NCBI GenBank assembly: GCA_964035545.1
Contig: OZ037768.1
Span: 13,091,675 to 13,155,674 of the forward strand
Origin: Bugula neritina
Lineage: Eukaryota; Animalia; Bryozoa
DNA length: 64,000 nucleotides
Direction: 5' to 3'
Shown: piece after piece, positions 1 through 13,526 of the stretch
Layout: each line of letters begins with the position of its first letter
Position numbering within the stretch: the stretch's first letter is position 1
Notes under the pieces: model-generated
The model's input: only the letters and a program-made list of their open reading frames with translations
The model's database searches: none
What the model was told of the DNA's origin: nothing
Translations under genes and position numbers: made by a program

Positions 1-489
1 AAAGTGAAGTGTAATCTTGACAGACATTAGCTGCAGGTGTTATCATGCCGGTCATACTTTGTATAACGATTATTACCTATGCTCAATTTAAATATAATAT
101 AGCTAAATATTCATCTTCAACTCATTTAAAGAATTTAATAAATTTGAAACAGGAGCTGTGTCAAAAAATTGAACAAAAAGTATTTTTCAAAAGTGATCAC
201 AATCATTTCAAACAACAACTTGATCAAAACTTTATGATCCGTAAATCAAGTTTAAACCTTGACCTTCAACTTGCAGGCTCGTGCTATTGTCACCAAGGCA
301 TAAAATATTGATGAGCCAGTAGTCTAAATAACTATCAAAATCAAAGTAAACTCCTTTTGAAATTAGCATTACCTGAAGTTAGTGGTATTACATTGAACAC
401 TTATTTATATTAGACTTGCCCTTGTTTAATTTTATTACCAATTTAAATTTACTTATTAGTTATACTTATAGTTAAAGTTATTACAGTAA

Positions 490-832
490 GCCTAGGGCCA
501 CACTGTACGTATTTTCGCAAGCGAAAATTGAAATCACAAGTAGCAAAGGTGTCCACTGTGCGCGTTGAGAAAACCTTCGCACTTGTCGTTCTGCATTCTC
601 AACGCAAGTGCGAGTCGTCTCTGTCGTCGTCACCTAATTGGCTGATGGTTATTCAGCGAGCCCAACTTCTTTATTTTAGTGCTACATTCCAGTAAATTGC
701 GTTTTATTAAAAGCGAGTGCGATTTAAAATGAAAGCTTTATTTATCACGCATCACTGACGCTACAGTGGACACCTTTGCTACTTGTGATTTCAATTTTCG
801 CATGCGAAAATACGCACCGTGTGGCCCTAGGC
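490..832. mobile_element. MITE, PIF/Harbinger-like, ~70-bp TIRs (copy 1)
   Basis: Ends GCCTAGGGCCACAC...GTGTGGCCCTAGGC, inverted repeat extending ~70 bp; flanks TAA/TTA; near-identical copy at 4534-4877. Confidence 0.85.
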
Positions 833-1043
833 TTACTGGTATTGAGTTATAGTTAGTTGTTATTACTATTAATATTACTATTGGTAGTAGTACTACTTAC
901 ACAAATACTGTGATACTAACTCTGGGTGCAGGTTGTTTCGTACTTACTTTTTTAGGTTATTTCATACACATCAATATAAATTTACTAAAATACATATCAT
1001 TTTGATATTTTTTATATTTATTTATTATTTAGGTTTTATTTAA

Positions 1044-1198
1044 GTGCAGTGGTGGAGAAATTGAGATAGCCTAAGTTCTTTAAATTTTTTTATAAATTTG
1101 GTTTGGGACGCGGGTTGAAATTATTGCAAGAAAATAACATCTTTCACTACATTTGTAATTTAGAACACAGGTTTGTCTCAATTTCTTCATTACTGCAC
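1044..1198. mobile_element. small degenerate MITE with ~25-bp TIRs
   Basis: GTGCAGTGGTGGAGAAATTGAGATA ... TGTCTCAATTTCTTCATTACTGCAC; related sequence recurs at ~39114-39215. Confidence 0.55.
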
Positions 1199-1609
1199 CT
1201 ACCTTTTAGGTTTGGGGTTTGAGGTTAACTTATTATCCATTCTGTGTACAACAGTTTGTGTACGAAACGACTTGTGTGTGAAGCGACAGCAACCCCTAAC
1301 TCTAAGGTCTACTAGTAAATGTAATACTATTAGTAATAGTAACACTAATATTAATAACTCTACTAATAAGTAATAGTATTATCAGTAATGCTAATAGTAA
1401 TACTAATGCTAATAGTAACAGTAATAGTCATAGAGATTTTAATTATAATAATCGTAGTAATACTGACATTATGATTAAATTTAATGGTAATACTAATAGT
1501 AACACTCTTAACACTCAGTAACAGTAATTATATGTTATTATATTTACTTCAACGCTAACTTTGTCTAATAAATACAAGTATAATATTAATAGTAATAATA
1601 TTAATAACA

Positions 1610-2400
1610 ATTACTGATCCAAATGACCATCATAAATTACAGGAAGATTTTTCTAGATTTTTATGGGTGGGCAAAAGAATACAATATGAAGTTTAACTCA
1701 AGGAAAAGGGTTATCACCTTTGATTAAAACAAGAAATAGAGACAATGTCTTTACTTATAAATTAGGAGATGATCCCCTGAATAGAGTTGGAATCGTAAAA
1801 TATCTTGGAATATTGTTATCAGCAGATTTGAAATAGAATCAGCATATCGGAAATGTAATCTCAAAGGCATACAGAGTGTTAGGACTAATCAAGTTCACAC
1901 TAGGAAATGCCCCGGAAAATGTTACAATTCTCGCATATAAAACTCTGTGTAGACCTCTCCTAGAATATGCTGCTGAGTTATGGGACCCGTGCAATAAGAA
2001 TTAGAAGGTAAGGTAGAGATGTATCAGTAACAGATGCCAAATTTGAGCTAGGCCTAGAAACCTTAAAAAAACATAGACAGTCAACAGAAAATTTCTGTTG
2101 TGTCGCTAGTGAGGATTTATTTCCAAGCCTAAGTAAGACCCTTCAATCTATGAAATCATCCACCCATAACATGAATACCCCTATTAACACCTTCAATGCT
2201 ATAGCCTCTTATTCCAGCCTGTACCTTCAGGGTTTCCTACTAATGCACTGTCCAGGAGTTATGTACAGGGGGAAGGGGAGAGATGGTGGCGGATTTTCAA
2301 GCCTAGAACTAGATATATCCGAGGGCCTCACAATTACTCTCTCAGAGAGGGCTTGGGACTTAACTCAATCAAGATCAAGAGCAAGTAAATAAAATAATAA
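1610..2400 (+). mobile_element. 5'-truncated, decayed CR1/L2-group LINE (C-terminal RT region)
   Basis: Translates with stops and frameshifts to ITDPNDHHKLQED..W..YNMKFN..K, KYLGILLSADLK*NQHIGNVISKAYRVLGLIK, YKTLCRPLLEYAAELWDP; A-rich tail near 2390. Confidence 0.8.
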
Positions 2401-4439
2401 TATTAATTAAAATAATCATCACTTTTATTTATTTAATTTTAAAATCACTAGTAATATTTATATTATTATTTTATTAATAAATTTAATATCATTATTATAA
2501 ATTAAAATAACAATTACAATACTATTATTATATTAATTATAATTTAAATTATTAATTTTAAATCAATTAATTATTAATTTCGATTTCAAATACTTACAGT
2601 TTATTAGGAATAGTTATACTTAGAGTTGATGTTTATGTTATACTAGAAGTAGAACTATAAGCAGATGTAGATTAAGATTTGATATACTCATATAGTTGAA
2701 CTTAAAGTTAATGTTATTTAATCGTCAACACTGATCACTCAGTCATGGTGATGGAGTTCGACACTACGTCACTAGGCGTAGCTACTGCTAGTACTAGTAC
2801 AGTAGCCTACTAACAATAACATTAACTGTAACACTAGGTTAATTAACAGCATAGCTTTCACTATGTCATATATTCTATAAGTATATGCAGTATGAGTATA
2901 AGTATTGCAACAGCATGGTTGTAAGCGCATTTTGATTATAATTTGTAATCAAAATAAACTAGGAATTTCACTGTCTTACCATCGGTGTGACTTTACATCA
3001 ACTGACCTTGAACCGCGTGCATCTATGCTATCTATAAAACAAGTTATATTTTCATCATCCGTTCGGATTACTCGTAGGAAAAGATAACTCCATAATGCGG
3101 AGTTACTCAATTTAATGTAAAAGGACAGACAGACCATTAAAGTGGAATTCATGTGTATGTGCATTTATGTCGCATTTGTGTGCATAAGTGTATTACATTT
3201 TAGTGGAAAAAGCTGGTTTTTTAATTTTTTATACTATTATCTGTGTGCGTAGGTGCGTGCGTAAAATGTCGAGTACGATAAAATTTGATAAAATTATTTT
3301 ATTACCAAGATTGTAATAATGTAAGAATTTAATAAAATTACATACCAAATATACAATAAGCTGCACAATAAAAGCGTGTCTTGAGCATATGAAACTACTA
3401 GTAATAAAATGTTTTAATCAAATTTTATCATATACCCTACTTTTTATTCACTTTGCTCTGCCCTGTATTGAGCTCATTTTAATGGTGCATGATCGAAATA
3501 TGAAACATTACACACGCGCACGCACATATATACATGTTGTGTTTTGATTTCCACTAACAGATAACAGATATTGTATTTCAGTTTTGACAATAGTGTACAG
3601 TCTGCACAGAACTTTAGTAAAATAAACATATTTACTTCATAAAACACAATATATCCTGTTGAATTCTTTCAACGAGTTCGGTGAACGCAATGCAGACTCC
3701 ATGAATATCCGTTCATAAGGAGCAAGTCAAATCTATTAGTATAATTTCATACACATTGAAAATGAGTTTAGCCGCACATATCACATACTGAAAAATTGTG
3801 TTAAATTAAATGATACAAGAACTAAACCTTTTTTACTACACAGTAATAGAGTGTTGGATTATGATTAGTATCAAATTGTAGACGTTTTCATAGTAAAAAA
3901 ATTTTATAGCAACAGAAAGCTGTTTACATGTAGTAAAATGCTTCACTAAGTTTCTGCATTTTCTCAGACTAACATTGACTGAAATGGCTCATAAGGAGAC
4001 ACCCCCTTATCCCTTCACTGGGGCTTGTGGTGCGGTTTTTGTAAACTGCGTAAACGTAACGGCGGAAAAAACTGACGGAAAGGTAAACAGGAGAAAACAA
4101 CTCAGAAAAACTCCTAACGACTACTCTTAAACATAAAATCCGGTTGCGTGAGCATGGCCTAAAATCAGTTTACAAAAACCGCTTGCCGTATGATGTGTAT
4201 GTGTTTCAGCTGCGGTAATCAATAGACAAATTGAGTTGAGGCTTAAAATTTTTATAAATTATAAATTAATACTAAATCTGTTTGTTTTTAATTTTGAAAA
4301 CTCATCAAAATTTTAGTAAATAATACAAGTCGTGGCACATTATTTTGATTAAATGTGAATTTCAGCAAGACTGGAATTATTCCCCCAAACACATAAAGAA
4401 GACCGTGTAATACTCAATGAAAACAAAAGACGGTAAAAT

Positions 4440-5280
4440 ATTAGCCTTGGAGTCTACTTACGCTAATTTAGTGAACTCAGGCTTTGTAACGGGGCGGAAC
4501 AAGAGCTGCCAGTTCGTCCTGAGAGGATAGTAAGCCTAGGGCCACACTGTGCGAATTTTCGCATGCGAACATTTGAACCACAAGTAGCAAAGGTGTCCAC
4601 TGTATGCGTTGAGAAAACATTCGCACTTGTCGCTCAGCATTCTGAACGCAAGTGCGAATCGTCTCTGTCGTCGTCACCAAATTGGCTGGTAGTTATTTAG
4701 CGAGCCCAATTCTTTTATTTTAGTGCTATATTCCAACAAATTGCGTTTTATTAAAAGCGAGTGCAATTTAAAAATGAATGCTTTATTTATCCCGCATCAC
4801 TGACGCTACAGTGGACACCTTTGCTACCAGTGGTTTCAATTTTCGCATGCGAAAATACGCATAGTGTGGCCCTAGGCTAAGTGTAGATAAATATGACAGG
4901 TTTGCACAGGAAGTAGAAGTCTGTCTGTTGCTGATGACACAATATGAGGTCTATTAGGTACCAGTGATGGTTCAGCTCTTGCAACTTTATTTTCTCATGC
5001 TCCCTTCAAATCAGACTAAAGCATGGAACTCAAACTATAGAATGAGCATTTCTCATGTTATGGAATAGTGTGAACTTAAAGAATGTAGTTAGAAGCAGCA
5101 CCGAGTTGGGGGTAACGGAGTACAGACTTTGTATGTGCTTGTTTGAAATTGCTGTTTGAAATTCAAATCCCAAGGCCAACGCCGACCAATGCACTCAGTG
5201 ACCTCCAATATGGTGCTGCTTCTAGTGGTTTTCAAATCAAAATACTCAATTTATGAATAGGACTCCTGCCCAATACTTTG
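4440..5280 (-). mobile_element. possible heavily decayed LINE 3' remnant, interrupted by the MITE
   Basis: Across the MITE insertion the - strand reads ..YTYY..SQDELAALVPP.., resembling the C-terminal YY.G.CS.EL..LVPP motif of CR1/L2-group ORF2. Confidence 0.3.
4534..4877. mobile_element. MITE, PIF/Harbinger-like (copy 2)
   Basis: Same TIRs as 490-832, clean TAA target-site duplication (4531-4533 / 4878-4880). Confidence 0.88.
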
Positions 5281-6992
5281 AGTTAATATGTTGGTAGAGT
5301 TAGCAATGTTAGGTAAAGCCATATATGATATACATTTAGCTATATTTTATACTGCAAGTTGTAGAAGAATCGCAGCACTCTGGCAAATAATTAATTGTTA
5401 CTTGTCATTCCTTATAATAATTATGCAGTTATACAAATACAAATTGAATATAGTATGTAAACTTTCTCCAACTTGGGAAATTCCACCAATACCACACTTT
5501 AAAAAGTCCCCTTGTGTAGAGGTAAGAGCTACATAAAAATGAAATACAATAGAGTGAATTAATTTGATGAATGCCTTTTATTATCATACACATAAACTTT
5601 GTTTTCATTGTTTCCAAATTGGTCTATTTGGTGCTATGAGTCAGCCAGTAGGACAATTTTATTCTAGCGTAGCCACTAACTGTATCGGCTGAAATTAGTT
5701 GATGAATTTAAGGTAAATGAAAGAACTATTTATAATGCAGAGCAACTGAAACTAAGCTAATGTATTTACAACCAATGCTCTCTAAACAAATTAATATGTA
5801 AAGTATAATTTTAAAGAACTTGGGTTAATTTTTCATAAATATCACCTATGTGGTAAAACACTAAGTTGGTTAGAATGGGCAAGTCAAAATTCTCAACGAT
5901 AAATAGTGCTGAGTCACAGTTATGCTTGTCAAACATAAAAGGGGTTGGAAAGAGAAGGAAGAGAGGGGGTGGTAATCTAGGTCAAACAGTAAAATAATGT
6001 AATTGAAACTCCAAGGGGTAAATTCCAACCAAAACAGGGGACAATTCTTTTAAACTTTCTGTATTCCAAAATGACTAAGCACTATTGTCTAGAATACTGA
6101 AGCTACAACCATATGGAAAAGAGGACAATGAAGGATTGTTTTACAAATAGAAGACAAGACAATGAGTGTTGGCAAGGTAGTAAATATTTGGAGTAGAAAA
6201 ATAGCATGCTATGTTGTACCCAAGGTAAATGTTTTCCATGGGTTTTCCCAACTGGCTTAGAATGTACCTCTTCCCCTTATTGCATTTTATACTGTTACAA
6301 GTTTATTAGAACAGCAGTATAATCAATCCAAACAATCCGAAGAATGTGTTGGAAGTAAAGCAAAAGTTGAAAAATATTACTCACCAAAGAAACATAGTTT
6401 TGTGTGCCACAGAATTTCATGTCTGCATTAGAAAAAATTTAGAAATAAATACCCATCAGAAAATTGTGAAGTCACAGAAAACAAATGGGTATGTCATTAA
6501 CTGGCATCTCAAACAAAAATTAGAAGCTTAAGCTGATTGAAAACAATAGTGATTAAAAATTAAGCAATGAAAAAGTCTCATATACCGTCACTGACATGTC
6601 ATGAAGACCATTACTGACACTTTAAAATGGTGCCTGCCAATAGCTTGCAAGTGGCATTTCAAAGCGTCGCTGGCTGCCACAAGGACCAGTCACCAACACT
6701 ATATAGCATGTCACTAATTGTAATAAACATCTTCTAGTAGCAAAATTAGATGTCACACAGATCTGCCAGTGACACTCTAAGATGTCACCTGTCACCAACA
6801 ATAACCTGTCACTAATCTGTTGGTAACCAGTCACTAATTGTACTTAACATATTTTCAGTAATCAGCTATCACCAAAAATAAGATTAAAGAAAAGTTCCTA
6901 TCCATAATGACGAAATTTAAAAAAACCAGGAGATTTAGATTTTCATATATACAATTTAAAAATCTTTACAACATAGAAAAGGAATAGTAACT

Positions 6993-7843
6993 TCAATGAA
7001 TCTTTTCCATATCTGTTGGCACTTCGCCAAAACTCTCGGAGATGACACTAGCCTCATGCTCTCTCACCGTACCTAGTTGTCTGGCAAATGAAACCTCTTT
7101 CTCACAGCCTCTGACTATTTTACAGTCTATCTTAGCTGATATAAAATGCAAACAATAAGTAACAAAACAAGTATGACAGCGATCTGAACCAGTCTTTTCA
7201 CCAATGAAATTATTGAAGTACCTATATTGTGATGAGATTTCAATTACCATTGATCTTGATAATATGTAAGTTATAGTAATAGAAGAAAAGCACAATCATA
7301 TTCTGCAGCTGTTGGCAGAAAATAACTTATCAATCTAATATTATATTCTGATCAATAAAAAAATTATCTCATAAATAGGTCAGCTGTTAAACAAAACCTC
7401 TTGATGAAGACCCAATCTTAGATTAGCTTTCAGAGTCTTGGATAAGCATTTAAGCAAAGCTCAGAAAAAATGATCCTTTTTTAATTATTATATATGCATG
7501 CTAGAATAAACACAATGATATTCACATAGATGGGAAGTTGTTGCAACTAGGAAAGTCCAAGTCACTGTTTTAAATTGTGCTGTATATGAGTTGTTGAGTT
7601 TTCTTCACAATGACTGCCTACTCGCTCGCCGAGTTTCTGAAACAACTCAAGAAAAGCAATAGGCGGTCTAAAATTCTTAACAAAATAGTACACTGGGTGG
7701 TTTACAAAAGCTGAGAGAACGACTGAATGCGTTTTCCTAATCTATCTCTACAAAATGAGAACCTTGTCGACAGCTGAATCACTGTCTTTGGTCAATTCTT
7801 TCGCGAGAGAGTCCCCTGCAGACGTCAGCCGGATCTCATCAAA
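6993..7843 (-). CDS. candidate small exons of an unidentified minus-strand gene (7843-7763; ~7136-6993)
   Basis: Pyrimidine-tract AG acceptors followed by open, GC-richer segments (FDEIRLTSAGDSLAKELTKDSDSAVDK; KIDCKIVRG...DMEKIH*); no recognisable homology. Confidence 0.25.
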
Positions 7844-7895
7844 CTGACACAAAATATCGAGTTATTAATTAGGATTTTAGCACAAATGTGTAAGC

Positions 7896-8010
7896 CTGTG
7901 TGTGCCTGTGTCTGTGCCTGTGTGTATGTATGCATGTGTGTATGTATGCATGTGTGTATGTATGCATGTGTGTGTATGTATGCATGTGTGTGTATGTATG
8001 TGTGATGTAT
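7896..8010. repeat. TG/TGTATGCA compound microsatellite
   Basis: Direct inspection. Confidence 0.85.
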
Positions 8011-8805
8011 TTGTATATATGTTGTGTGTCTGTATATACAAGTATAATTTGGATCTGCTAATTTTTGTAGCCAAAAGATGAAAACATTGGTGCTTTCATA
8101 GATTTAATATTGGCAACACACAAGCCTGAAATAATAAATTTGCTACTAGCAAATTTTTTGCAGAAGATAAAATGGCTGCAAACCATAATACAAAAATCCA
8201 ATGCATATGGAAGTTGCAAAAAGTTATTTCCAAAGTCAAATGTTAAAGATACATTATCAGCATTCTATTGAACAGAGTAATGTAATCAGAAGATATGTTC
8301 TTTGCTCAGACACATTCTAGCTATAATCAAAAGTTGAACCCTATGCCAAGAAATGCAAATTTATTATTATAGGGAATAGACCAATGAAAAAACTGCACAT
8401 ATTATTCAGTAATAAAAGAATAGCCATATTTTTCCAATCAATGTCCTAAAATGAATTTAAAAAACCTTATTGAGATTAATACTGCAGTTAATGTTTGGTC
8501 TATTTCAAAAATCTAAGAAGAATATTTATTAAATTAATTTTATTTTTATCAAATTTAATTTATTTACATTGAATTAATCAATAATTATTTAAATGGGAGC
8601 TAACTAGGCAGAGAGTGGATTTTACGTATTTTATGTTTTTATTACAAAATAATTCCGACAAACAAAACTGAAACAAACATCTTATTCAAAAATATATACA
8701 GGTGCAATAAGAATCTGAGAAAATAGTGCTTGCAATAACTAGTGCCAAAATTTAAAAAGCAGTTAGTAAATACAAACAAAAATAAATAGAAATGCATACA
8801 TTCAT

Positions 8806-9651
8806 CTACGGTTTGTACAAACAAACAATCATTGAGACAAGAATAGACAAAATTGTAAATAGACCAAATGGTGGTACAATCAGCCAAGGTAAATTTAATT
8901 TAAATTCTTCTTCGACATCAAAAGCGTTGATGGCTATAAACATGCTCATCGCAGGAGGAGCTAAAGCCATACACATTAAGAGAAGAGCAAAAATATCCCA
9001 AAAATACTCTTTAGAACAAAATTTTCCAGTTCGTTTCCTGCTCATTACTAAGTTCCACGTAAGCTGACCAGTTGCCAACATGATTTGAATGCAGGTGGCA
9101 GTAAAGGCCACAGAGCTTGATAATCTTTCCTTGGGAGTCTGCAGAAGTGAAACTTGGGCAGGGAGTTTGAATGCAATTAGGACTCTGCCTAACCCGACCA
9201 TGGCATCGGAGAAAACAAAACTTAGGATACTGTTCATTTTACTCCAAAGTGAGCGGCAGCTTTTCCATTTTTGAACCTTAAGTTTTTGATGTTTAGGTGA
9301 CTGAGGACCTACCTGAATACGCATTTTGCAAATTACATATATAGAAAAAAATATTTGAAAAAAAAGGCTCAAGCATAAAAATATTTCACAAACATAACCA
9401 GTCACCCACATCATTAGAAAGGGCAATAGTCCACGATCAACAGCATGATATGAACTGATCAGGCTTCTAAACTCTTCAAGTCCAAGTATTCCAGGAATTA
9501 AATCCAAAAATGTCAAAGCCAACAAAATTGAGTACTTCATAAATTTCCATGCAATGCCACATTTGCCTACGTTGGGACCAAAAACAGTGTCAAAACCATC
9601 AATAACAGTTTCAGTAGAACTACCAATTATAATTAGGCATTCTTCAAACAT
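8806..9651 (-). CDS. orphan multi-pass membrane protein, 281 aa, ~6 TM helices, single coding exon
   Basis: 846-nt uninterrupted ORF in AT-rich DNA; acceptor TTTATGTTTCTCTTTTAG ends at 9663, just upstream of the ATG at 9651; about six hydrophobic stretches. Confidence 0.6.
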   Translation of the reverse strand: MFEECLIIIGSSTETVIDGFDTVFGPNVGKCGIAWKFMKYSILLALTFLDLIPGILGLEEFRSLISSYHAVDRGLLPFLMMWVTGYVCEIFLCLSLFFQIFFSIYVICKMRIQVGPQSPKHQKLKVQKWKSCRSLWSKMNSILSFVFSDAMVGLGRVLIAFKLPAQVSLLQTPKERLSSSVAFTATCIQIMLATGQLTWNLVMSRKRTGKFCSKEYFWDIFALLLMCMALAPPAMSMFIAINAFDVEEEFKLNLPWLIVPPFGLFTILSILVSMIVCLYKP

Positions 9652-10774
9652 CTTTAATTTACCTAAAAGAGAAACATAAAACAATGAACAAAACTACAAA
9701 TACAAATCTAAAACATTAATTTAAGTAAACAGCAAAATCTACAGCGAAAATAAATAGAAACTTTTGTGAAAGATTAACATATTGTAAATATTTATTTGAA
9801 AAAAATATTCGCTACTTAACTCAGGCAGAAAACATATACTTATAGGAAGGCTGATGGTAAAATAGTGCCATCAGATTTATAATACTTGTGTATATATTAT
9901 ATAAGAAACAATAGAAACATCACCCATGCAATAATAAAATCAATAAGGTACAATAAAAACATTAGAAATTGGAAAACCCAAGAAAATATATTACTCAACA
10001 TTTAGTAGCACTACAGACACAGTAATCTTTATTATAATTATTAGTCGAAGCATGTGAGAATTCATGATTACTGCATGGTTAAAACAATTTTTAGGTGCCC
10101 AGTTATCTTTGTAACATCTGGCCCAAAGAGGCATTCAAAGGCCTACGAAGCACATATGTTTACTTCTCCCTCCACCCCTCCCCACACCATATCTTTTCCA
10201 AGCACTGTGCAAACTGAGAACAAAAACGAAAGCAAAATTATCCAACTAGTTTCTGCCTGCAAGATGATGGATGATGAGTAAGTTGTTAGAATTACATCAT
10301 TAGTTGGTGTTTAACCTTATATTTTAGTTATTAGCACGTAGCTGGTCTTGGCACAAAAAAACTGGGCCTCTAGTGGTGAGAAGAGATGCCCTTGGTGACC
10401 AGAGATGAGAGACAATACAAACAACATAAAAAAAATGCATTTCTAATTATTTTAACATATTAAATCGTTTATGCCCATCAACTAGCAAATTAAGCTTTAT
10501 GCATGAATATTTAAACATATTTGTACAAGACAAAATGGGTAAGTCTGGGCTGTAAAAATAATATTCTAAAAACACTACAAATTGAGTGATAGATGTCTTA
10601 TCAAAACTATTTGGGTATTTTAGAATGTCTTTAACATTTTTGTTCCCAAATTATAGCCACTTTCCTACTTGAAACAGAACAAAATAAATCCAGCATGAAA
10701 TGAAGCCATAATAAACCAAATAAAGTGTTAAAACATAACCTTTTAATAATGCAAGCTATTAACCTACACTTCGG

Positions 10775-10906
10775 AGGTAAATAGATTAGCAGGTGAAAAG
10801 CTTGGTGAGTAAATAGCTTGGCAGGTGAATATTTTTGCAGGTAAATAGCTTGGTAGGCATATAGCCTTGTAGGTAAACAGCTATGCGTGTAGACAGCTTG
10901 GCAGGT
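10775..10906. repeat. degenerate ~17-20-bp tandem repeat (AAATAGCTTGGCAGGT-like)
   Basis: About 7 imperfect units. Confidence 0.6.
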
Positions 10907-11501
10907 ACAGTGCTATAGGATCTGTTATAGTTAAAAAGCAAACCACATCTAAATCCTTCAAGATTGCTCGTCTTAAAGATACAAGTGATTTTTAAAGATT
11001 AGCTTTACAAAACTATTCAATTTATTGCAATACATCTGAAAATAATTATGGGGATTCTGTTTAAAATTTATTTAGATAAGATAACTCCAAATTGATTAAA
11101 ATGTACAACTTGCTTCATCTTGACAGTTTTCTCCTTGAGTTCTTTCATGAATTTCGCATCACAACATTGAGGTTTGGGGAGAAGTTACCTGCCCCTTTAT
11201 CAAACACTGCTCTACAGCAATTTAGCTGTGCCTAGAGTTCTGTATAGGTAAGGAAATGCTTCTAAGGAAACATCAACTACAAACATGCAGACACTACAAG
11301 TAGGGTGATTTTACTTTGTTTAGTATTCCAGCAAATTACAACCCAAAATTAGAGTAATTTGCCTAACATCTGTGAAAATTTACTATACGCGTGAGGTAAT
11401 TTTATGTGCATTTTATCTAACTATTTTATAGTAAATATAGCGCTAAATCATAATTTATGACAGAACTTTGGGCTTTATTAGCAGCATGAGAGGTCAGCAG
11501 A

Positions 11502-11999
11502 CGAATCCGCGACATTTCACAAATGACAATTCAAAAACACCTATTTCGAAAAAGACAATTCCCAAATTGACAATTCTCAAATTGACAATTAATAAATTGA
11601 CTTTTAGAAAAAAGACATTTCTAAAAATGACATTTCACAAATGATACGTTGAAATAATTACTACTTATTTACTTTTACTTTTATACTTGTATTATTTGTA
11701 TGACAAGATTTAAAGCTTTCAGCAACAAGTATAAACGCCTTATGAGTTAGGCTATCACGAAAGTAGTGTTAGCTACCAAACAGTCCTAATCTACAATTGC
11801 CTAAGTTTATATTAACTTATTCTCGACCCGGTTGAGCTCACACCCGACTGGGGCGTATCATTTGTGAAATGTCATTTTTAGAAATGTCTTTTTTCTAAAC
11901 GTCAATTTATTAATTGTCAATTTGAGAATTGTCAATTTGGGAATTGTCTTTTTCGAAATAGGTGTTTTTGAATTGACATTTGTGAAATGTCGTGTCACC
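11502..11999. mobile_element. foldback-type MITE with ~140-bp inverted arms built from 15-bp subrepeats
   Basis: CGACATTTCACAAATGACAATT... arm mirrored at ~11854-11992; 7-bp direct repeat CAGCAGA at 11495-11501 and 12000-12006. Confidence 0.85.
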
Positions 12000-12226
12000 C
12001 AGCAGAATATGCGAGCAACATGGACTATATAATTCAAATTTGAATCAGTGAAGCAGAAGGTTGCCAAAGATGTGATGCCCAAGATGTGATGCCCAGCAGG
12101 TTCATAGTCACATGTTAGTAACGCAGACGTACTGGACTAGCAGCTATTACTAACAGTGAAATTAGGTTATTTGTACTTGAACTTTTATAGGCTTGTCAAA
12201 CTGAAAAACTAATAATATTATGTAAG

Positions 12227-12347
12227 CAGGGTTGGGGTAATTGTAATTTGTAATTGTGGTTGGTTGTAATTAATTACATTTTTTCAAGTGATTGAATATA
12301 ATATGTAATTGATGCATAAAACTGTAATTGTAATTAATTACATTTGC
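12227..12347 (+). mobile_element. left end of non-autonomous hAT-like element with GTAATT repeats
   Basis: Starts CAGGGTTGGGGT; matching inverted end ACCCCAACCCTG at 24086-24097; related fragment at ~51733-51835. Confidence 0.6.
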
Positions 12348-12605
12348 ATTCACTGCAAGGTGAATAATAGCCAGATCTCCAGACTAGGGGTGGTAGAGGG
12401 CGCGCACGATAGAATCCAACTCGCCAACAGTTTAAACCAGCTGTTGGTATCTATTAAACTCCATGTCTATTTCCTACTACATAGTCCACTATGAATAATA
12501 TATTGTCTTGTATATAGTCTGTGTAATAAAAACGGATGGTATTCATCCTTCCTTTTATATCGAATTTTTTTGTACATTTTGTGGTTTTATAGGGTATTGT
12601 TCTTG

Positions 12606-12609
<4 letters not shown>

Positions 12610-12678
<69 letters not shown>
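12610..12678. repeat. (TA)n microsatellite
   Basis: Direct inspection. Confidence 0.95.
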
Positions 12679-12681
<3 letters not shown>

Positions 12682-13230
12682 AATTAGTTTTTATGGTACA
12701 CTTCCCCTCCCATCGTTATGTTAGCAGGAAGTTGGCTCCCTGCTGGAGGGGACAGTGTAATGGCTAATGGAAGTGTACTTACGACACATACTACCCTCCA
12801 TATTAAGATGCGGAGACGCGATAGAATATAGAAATATCCAATCACGTTGAAGCACGTAATTACCCCCTACGAAGCGAGCGCTTCCGGACAGTGATTTAGA
12901 GAGTAAGGTTGCTAGTGTTTAGACGTTCTCATACACAGGATACTTTTCTTATGTTAATTCAGGGCAACTGGATGTAATCTCTTTTTGTGATATTATTATA
13001 AATATACCTATCTTTCTCACGCTAAGTTTGTGTGATTTCTGTCAAGTTACGTAACTCGACCACTATCATAATTGCATGCAGAAGAACCCACCACAATAGT
13101 AATTCTGAAAATATTACACATGCATATGTATATATCTATAAGCCTTCATCTGAGTTCATGTATTCAACAAAACTATATTCCGCAATATCTGTCTACTTCA
13201 ATATGAATGTGTTTATTAATTACTCTACCC

Positions 13231-13526
13231 TGTTGATAGAATGCAATCTTCCGCTCTAATGACAATGCATATAATATTCACATAATATACCAATGCTATT
13301 AAAACACTCATGTTAGTAATTATCTTTTCTCTTATGTCTAAATAGCAAGTGTGGATAACTCACAATATATTGTAATCAGTCTTTTATACTATTATATTGC
13401 CCACAATTCTTTTCTTCTTCCTCTTTCTCAATATACATAAAATATAATGGTTCTGTGAATTACAACTCTACTTATTTAATCACAATAATTAACATTACAA
13501 AGATGGCATCAGCCTCCAGCTCAACA
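13231..13526 (+). repeat. copia 5' LTR
   Basis: Direct repeat of 17571-17866. Confidence 0.97.

Noticed and set aside
45-3164. Short ORFs 45-311 (+) and 2976-3164 (-) as exons of a host gene
   Set aside because: Some splice-like signals, but no phase-consistent chain or recognisable homology
12400-12610. Further PLE end with a hammerhead before the (TA)n at 12610
   Set aside because: Only a vague SLNQLLVSIKL and a degenerate core; stems cannot be drawn
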